Shown piece after piece: positions 59,073 through 64,000 of a stretch of DNA of 64,000 nt (positions are counted from its first letter, which is position 1; each line of letters opens with the position of its first letter). Both the position numbers and the translations under genes were made by a program. The stretch is from Candidatus Sumerlaeaceae bacterium (GTDB lineage: Bacteria > Sumerlaeota > Sumerlaeia > Sumerlaeales > Sumerlaeaceae). The notes under the pieces are model-generated. The model ran no database searches. It had not been told where the DNA came from and saw only the letters and a program-made list of their open reading frames with translations. The DNA is taken from NCBI GenBank assembly GCA_051003195.1, contig JBPCLP010000045.1, forward strand, positions 64,001 to 128,000. The letters are read 5' to 3'.

Positions 59073-60506
59073 TTGGAAGTGCTGGAACACGAAGACAGAT
59101 TTCTGCGCGAAATGCCTGGGGAAGAATGCGGCGTGGTGGCCGTGTACAATCACCCCGAGGCTGCCAAGCTGACCTACCTTGGGCTATATGCGCTGCAACA
59201 TCGCGGGCAGGAGAGCGCGGGGATTGTCTCCGCAGACGGACAGCGGCTACACACCTTCAAAGGCAAGGGCCTTGTGAACGACGTGTTCACGCCGGAGGCG
59301 CTGGCGTCGCTGCCGGGCAGTTCTGCGATCGGACACGTGCGATACTCAACGACAGGCAGCAGTGTTGCGGCCAACGCGCAGCCGATCGTGGCGAACTACC
59401 GCGGCGGTGCGCTTGCAGTGGCGCATAACGGCAACCTGACCAATGCCGATGAGCTGCGCACCGAACTGGAAGAAAACGGCGCGATTTTTCAGAGCACGAC
59501 GGACACCGAAGTACTCATTCACCTGATTGCGCAATCGCGCGAGCGGGACTTTGACGAGGCGCTCATCTCCTCGCTCAACCGGCTGCGCGGGTCCTTTTCA
59601 ATGGCCATTCAGCGCGAGGATCGCATAATCGCTCTGCGCGACCCGCGAGGGTTCCGACCGCTTTGCCTTGGCAAACTGGGCGATGGCTACGTGGTGGCAA
59701 GTGAGAGCTGCGCGCTCGACATCATGAATGCGCAGTACCTGCGCGAGATTGGCGCAGGCGAAGTAATTACCTTCGCCGGCGGTGTTGCGCGTTCAACCAA
59801 ACCCTTTCCGCCGGAGAAATCGGCATTTTGCGTGTTTGAGTACATTTATTTTTCCCGGCCGGATTCCATGGCCTTGATGGGCAAGAGCGTGAGCGAGCTG
59901 CGCAACCGCCTTGGTGAGCAGCTTGCGATCGAGCAGCCTGCCCAGGCAGACTTGGTGATCGCTGTACCGGACAGCTCAGTTCCGGCGGCGATTGGATACG
60001 CCCGCAAATCGGGAATACCTTATGATATCGGGCTGGTGCGCAGCCATTATGTCGGTCGCACATTCATCGAGCCCGACCAGGCCATTCGTGACTTTGGCGC
60101 TCGTATCAAATATAACCCCGTTCGCAGCGTGTTGCAGGATAAGCGCGTCGTCGTGGTCGACGATTCGATTGTGCGTGGAACGACAAGTCGTAAAATCGTG
60201 AACATGATCCGCGAGGCGGGGGCGAAGGAAATCCATTTTCGCGTGAGTGCTCCGCCGTGGGAGAACCCGTGCTACTTCGGCATCGACACTCCGGAGGCTG
60301 AGAAGCTGCTCGCGGTAAACTCGCCTAGCATTGATGAGATGCGGAAGTTCATCGGTGCAGACTCATTGGGTTTTATCAGCCCCGAAGGGCTTTACAAGGT
60401 CATGCCGAAAAACGTGAGCTACTGCAACGCGTGCTTCACTGGCGAATACCCCGAAGGCCAGAAACCGGCCCAGGCATTCAAAAAGGAAATCTTAGAAACG
60501 CGGTAA
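59073..60506 (+). CDS. purF: Amidophosphoribosyltransferase (propeptide, Fe-S type)
   Basis: EE/CGVV, LQHRGQESAG, GHVRYST, VDDSIVRGTT; Fe-S Cys in CVFE, PCYFG and CNAC. Confidence 0.98.
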   Translation: MEVLEHEDRFLREMPGEECGVVAVYNHPEAAKLTYLGLYALQHRGQESAGIVSADGQRLHTFKGKGLVNDVFTPEALASLPGSSAIGHVRYSTTGSSVAANAQPIVANYRGGALAVAHNGNLTNADELRTELEENGAIFQSTTDTEVLIHLIAQSRERDFDEALISSLNRLRGSFSMAIQREDRIIALRDPRGFRPLCLGKLGDGYVVASESCALDIMNAQYLREIGAGEVITFAGGVARSTKPFPPEKSAFCVFEYIYFSRPDSMALMGKSVSELRNRLGEQLAIEQPAQADLVIAVPDSSVPAAIGYARKSGIPYDIGLVRSHYVGRTFIEPDQAIRDFGARIKYNPVRSVLQDKRVVVVDDSIVRGTTSRKIVNMIREAGAKEIHFRVSAPPWENPCYFGIDTPEAEKLLAVNSPSIDEMRKFIGADSLGFISPEGLYKVMPKNVSYCNACFTGEYPEGQKPAQAFKKEILETR

Positions 60507-60518
60507 TGATCGATAACT

Positions 60519-61124
60519 ATGAGTGCAACAGCACCCCGTTCCACCCCCCTTACGTTTCAGCAGGTAGTTGACGTGCTGGAACATGTTCAGGAACGTCTTT
60601 ATCGCGTAAAACAGGCCCTTGAGGATGCAGGCATCCCATATGCCGTCGTCGGTGGCAACGCGGTCGCCTCGTGGGTCGCGTCAGTCAACCGTGCGGCAAT
60701 TCGAACTACTGGCGATGTCGACATTCTGTTGGATCCCGCAGATCTCGAACGGGCCAAAGTGGCAATGGCCAAGGTCGATTTTCATTTCAGGCACGCTGCC
60801 GGCGTCAGCTTTTTTCAGGATGGCCGCGGGGCAAAATTCGAAGATTCTGTCCACCTCGTTTTGGCAGGAACTAAAATTCGCAAGGAATACGCGTGTCCCG
60901 CTCCGGCAATTACCGAAGTGGATAGAGCTGCTTTTGATTACGCCGTGCTCAGTCTGGAAGCACTGGTACGGATGAAACTTACCAGCTACCGCAACAAGGA
61001 TCGCGTGCACTTGGAGGACATGCTAAAGGTTGGCCTCCTCGATGAATCCTGGATGGACAAAGTCCCCGAGCCACTCCGCCCCCGTATGCGCGAAGTACTC
61101 GATAACCCACCAGACGACCACTAA
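60519..61124 (+). CDS. Putative nucleotidyltransferase-fold protein (AbiEii/MenT-like), paralog of 13562-14170
   Basis: YAVVGGNAV...RTTGDVDIL, MKLTSYRNKDRVHLED. Confidence 0.72.
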   Translation: MSATAPRSTPLTFQQVVDVLEHVQERLYRVKQALEDAGIPYAVVGGNAVASWVASVNRAAIRTTGDVDILLDPADLERAKVAMAKVDFHFRHAAGVSFFQDGRGAKFEDSVHLVLAGTKIRKEYACPAPAITEVDRAAFDYAVLSLEALVRMKLTSYRNKDRVHLEDMLKVGLLDESWMDKVPEPLRPRMREVLDNPPDDH

Positions 61125-61164
61125 TTTCTACCTACTCTTTCCTCTCGTCGAATCGCTCTTCGCG

Positions 61165-61560
61165 TTATGGCTCTAGTCGTTCGATATCAGAAAATGAATC
61201 GAAGTCGCGATCATAGGAGCAGATCGCGACTTTCCTCCGCCGAGCGACCGCGCAGTGGTAGCAGTCGGTGAAATCTGCATTGCTGCTGCGATAACGCAGC
61301 AGCGTATCCAGCAAAACTCGATAATCGGAAAACATCAGGCCGTGCAAATTCAAGATTGCTTCAAGATGATCTGCAACTTGATCGCGCGGCAGCTCATAAA
61401 AGGAGGTGAGCGTCCAGACAATCTCCGCAACGCACATATCGGTTACGAATAAGCTTTGCTCTCCTTTTGCTGCCTTTGCCAGAAGCGCCGCACACCGTGA
61501 GGCTTTTTTCCGGTCATCGTCCAGAAAAAGCCGCAGAAAGACGTTTGCGTCTACAAGCAT
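61165..61560 (-). CDS. PIN-domain toxin (VapC family)
   Basis: LVDANVFLR, VAEIVW, DFTDC, SYDRDF acidic tetrad. Confidence 0.92.
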   Translation of the reverse strand: MLVDANVFLRLFLDDDRKKASRCAALLAKAAKGEQSLFVTDMCVAEIVWTLTSFYELPRDQVADHLEAILNLHGLMFSDYRVLLDTLLRYRSSNADFTDCYHCAVARRRKVAICSYDRDFDSFSDIERLEP

Positions 61561-61563
61561 CGA

Positions 61564-61827
61564 TTAACGACCGCGGCTGACGGCGCGCTTGGCAACGCTG
61601 CGTATTACGGCCTGCCGGACCTTTGCAAGGTCCTGCACCCCACCTGCTGCCCGTCTGATTGAGCCTCTGAACTCCAGAAGATTTCCTTTAAGAGGCCGCA
61701 AGACGACCTCGCCATCCCGCAGCTCATAGATCAGGGAATCGTGGGAGCTCACACCCAGAGCCCGGCGAATTTCGAGAGGAATTGTAGTCTGTCCCTTACT
61801 GGTGATGCGAGAAATGTTCATCAGCAT
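61564..61827 (-). CDS. AbrB/MazE/SpoVT-family antitoxin
   Basis: SRITSKGQTTIPLEIRRALG; 3 nt upstream of the PIN gene. Confidence 0.93.
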   Translation of the reverse strand: MLMNISRITSKGQTTIPLEIRRALGVSSHDSLIYELRDGEVVLRPLKGNLLEFRGSIRRAAGGVQDLAKVRQAVIRSVAKRAVSRGR

Positions 61828-61828
61828 T

Positions 61829-61855
61829 TCCTTACTAAACTGTACATCCTTACTA
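61829..61855 (-). promoter_or_regulatory. Putative TA operator (two TCCTTACTA direct repeats)
   Basis: Copies at 61829-61837 and 61847-61855, immediately upstream of the antitoxin start. Confidence 0.45.
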
Positions 61856-62011
61856 TAGCGTTAAACAATGGACCACGTTAGAAATTCGGAGTGTCGTTCG
61901 TTGTCAGAAACCGAATCGAAGTCTCGATCATAGAAGCAGATCGCATTCTTTTGCCCGTTCCGATTGCTTTTCTCCTGTTAAACATTTTTGAGCGCCCATT
62001 GTTAAACGAGT

Positions 62012-63400
62012 ATGATTTCGAAACAAGGCGTGCTTACAATCCTGGCCATTTTCGCCTGCCTGCTCGGCCTGGCGCTAACCGCCATCCGCCCCGCCGGACG
62101 CTGGTACTTCCGCCGAAACCTCAGCCCGGCCGACATCGTACGCCTGGACGAATTCGAGACGAAACCCATCCACTTTCCGCCCGAGTGGCAGAACGTCACG
62201 CCAGTTCCACCCAAAGTGGAGGCGGCAATTATTAAATACGCCAACGCCTATAAGCTTACGGACTGGCTCCGAAGTCCGATCAACGTAGATCAGCCCCTGG
62301 AATACAACGCCTACATTCGACTTGTGCGAGGCTGTCCAGTGCCGCCTGAGACATGGACGAGCGTATCGATGGCTGCCGCATATACTTTTCCGGTGATTAC
62401 TGCAGCCGTGGAGGCAGCCCGGTTACCCGAGTGGGACCAGGAATATTGTATGGCAACACGGTTGGACGCATACTCTACTGTAATCGTGGGCCGTGCATTG
62501 AACGTGACCGCCGCGGAGTTCCTGCACCTCAACGACACTGAACGTGCAATGGAACTTGCCCTTGCCGGGGTCGCGCTTACCAGTCGCGGTGCACCATGCC
62601 CCGCTTACATGGGTTATTGGGATGCATGGGTGCAGCGCGACACGCTGAACGTACTCAGCACGATTGCTCGCACGACGACTTCAACTGATTTGCTTGAAAT
62701 AGCGCTAAAGGCGCTCAACGGACTCGAGCCGAGAATCATCCATGCAGCAGCGCAATACGCACCAGCAGGTTACTCGATCGCCCGGCTTCGACTTATGAAA
62801 CGCTACCATTGGAACGTAGACTTTCCCCCTGGGTTGCCGGCATACGAATACGTCCGACGCGACTCGCTCGCCGCTTTCGCCTTCGTACGCGCAATGAATA
62901 TGCTTCCTGTGACAGACCCCCGAAAAGAGTCGATGTCGTGGTTCAGCGATTATATGGGTTCCGGTTGCGGAGCGAGTCCGATGTCGGAACGCAGAGTGAA
63001 GCTTAGCTATATGCTGTTCCCCGATGAAATTGCCATACAAAGCCAGCCTCATTCGGACCGCTTCGCGCTAGCCGAGTCGTTGGCCAAGGCCAACCTCGAT
63101 CTGGCGCGGATTGCTCTGGTTGCGCGCATCCGCGAACTGTCCGGGGTGCCGGTTGTAATAAACTGCACGGCATTCCAATCCGGTCCACTGCCCGGTGCCA
63201 CAATCGATCCATTCAGTGGCAAACCATATCTTTGGGATGAAGCCCGACAGCAATTCTATAGCATAGGCCCTGACCACCACGACGACCACGCCGTAACCGG
63301 CTGCCAGTTTTTCGACGGAAGTATCTCAGGCGACGTGATGATTCCCAGCCCCCTGCCCCCTGACCGCCCGTTACCAGCAGCTGGGACTATGATACTGTAA
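62012..63400 (+). CDS. Membrane-anchored helical hypothetical protein with GspG-like C-terminal motif
   Basis: N-terminal TM; DPFSGKPY...FYSIGPDHHDD. Confidence 0.7.
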   Translation: MISKQGVLTILAIFACLLGLALTAIRPAGRWYFRRNLSPADIVRLDEFETKPIHFPPEWQNVTPVPPKVEAAIIKYANAYKLTDWLRSPINVDQPLEYNAYIRLVRGCPVPPETWTSVSMAAAYTFPVITAAVEAARLPEWDQEYCMATRLDAYSTVIVGRALNVTAAEFLHLNDTERAMELALAGVALTSRGAPCPAYMGYWDAWVQRDTLNVLSTIARTTTSTDLLEIALKALNGLEPRIIHAAAQYAPAGYSIARLRLMKRYHWNVDFPPGLPAYEYVRRDSLAAFAFVRAMNMLPVTDPRKESMSWFSDYMGSGCGASPMSERRVKLSYMLFPDEIAIQSQPHSDRFALAESLAKANLDLARIALVARIRELSGVPVVINCTAFQSGPLPGATIDPFSGKPYLWDEARQQFYSIGPDHHDDHAVTGCQFFDGSISGDVMIPSPLPPDRPLPAAGTMIL

Positions 63401-63419
63401 CTCGCAATGGATGTGCCCG

Positions 63420-64000
63420 TTACCTGGCGGGCGGTTGGGTTCCCTTTGTGCTGATCCCCAGTATCTTCTTCGCCGCGGCCGAGTCCCGCATCGGCAGAGC
63501 CGTACGCCACTGGCCGTCATGCGCGTGCAAAGCACCCGCGACTGCACCAGCCGTTGGAACCAGTCCAATCTCGCCGACGCCCTTCGCACCCCAGGGTGTC
63601 TCGGGGTCAGCTTCTTCAATGAAGATACATTCAACCTCGGGCATATGATGCGCGCGAAGGATTCCGAGGTCGTTCAGCTTCTTCGCCTTAGGGAATCCGC
63701 CTTCGCAGGCGAAATCCTCCGTAAGCGCGTAGCCCAGGCCCATGTGAATCGACCCCTCCATCTGGCCTTCCAGCAGGATCGGGTTCATCACCTTGCCAAC
63801 ATCATGCGCTGCGACTACCTTCTTCAGTGTGCCGTCTTCGTTCAGCGCCACCACCTGCGTCGCGAATCCAAACGTCACGTGTGTCTTCACCGGACCGCCG
63901 TTTTTCCCCTCCAGCTTTCCGAGCGGCACCGTATAGTCGTAGGTAATCTCGCCAAAAAACTCGCGCCCGGCCAGGTCCTTCACCGTCTTGCCGCTGTCCA
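63420..64000 (-). CDS. Xanthine dehydrogenase-family molybdopterin-binding subunit, C-terminal part (continues beyond the window)
   Basis: AHDVGKVMNPILLEGQMEGSIHMGLGYALTE, GAKGVGEIG. Confidence 0.92.
   Translation of the reverse strand, partial: DSGKTVKDLAGREFFGEITYDYTVPLGKLEGKNGGPVKTHVTFGFATQVVALNEDGTLKKVVAAHDVGKVMNPILLEGQMEGSIHMGLGYALTEDFACEGGFPKAKKLNDLGILRAHHMPEVECIFIEEADPETPWGAKGVGEIGLVPTAGAVAGALHAHDGQWRTALPMRDSAAAKKILGISTKGTQPPAR

Overview
A 64-kb bacterial chromosomal window, moderately GC-rich by eye, with about 52 genes. Housekeeping genes: carA, tsf, gyrB, yajC, secDF, an EF-G paralog, glnD, hflX, clpP, purF, an ECF sigma/anti-sigma pair, two-component genes and transporters. Also present are TPR/envelope proteins, a sulfatase next to a lyase-hydrolase fusion, a VapBC-type toxin-antitoxin pair and a partial xanthine-dehydrogenase-family gene. 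I found no rRNA, tRNA, CRISPR array, integrase or transposase. The pilin-like protein and the DW-type C-terminal tails suggest Ca. Sumerlaeota (BRC1) or a related phylum; this is inference from memory, not a search. The most striking unexplained structure is a family of ~95-115 bp non-autonomous elements with IS630-like YTAG ends. Copies lie at 16671-16726 (partial), 17653-19258, 35306-35404 and 53708-53801, all in the same orientation. Three of them end exactly on a neighbouring gene's stop codon. The copy at 17653-19258 is split by ~1.5 kb of AT-rich cargo: a 5'-truncated ORF plus an intact secreted-protein gene. Other leads are a three-hairpin candidate sRNA, a shared C-terminal AAxxDWxL sorting-like motif, an EF-G paralog with G4 NKIN, and two orphan AbiEii/MenT-like nucleotidyltransferases.
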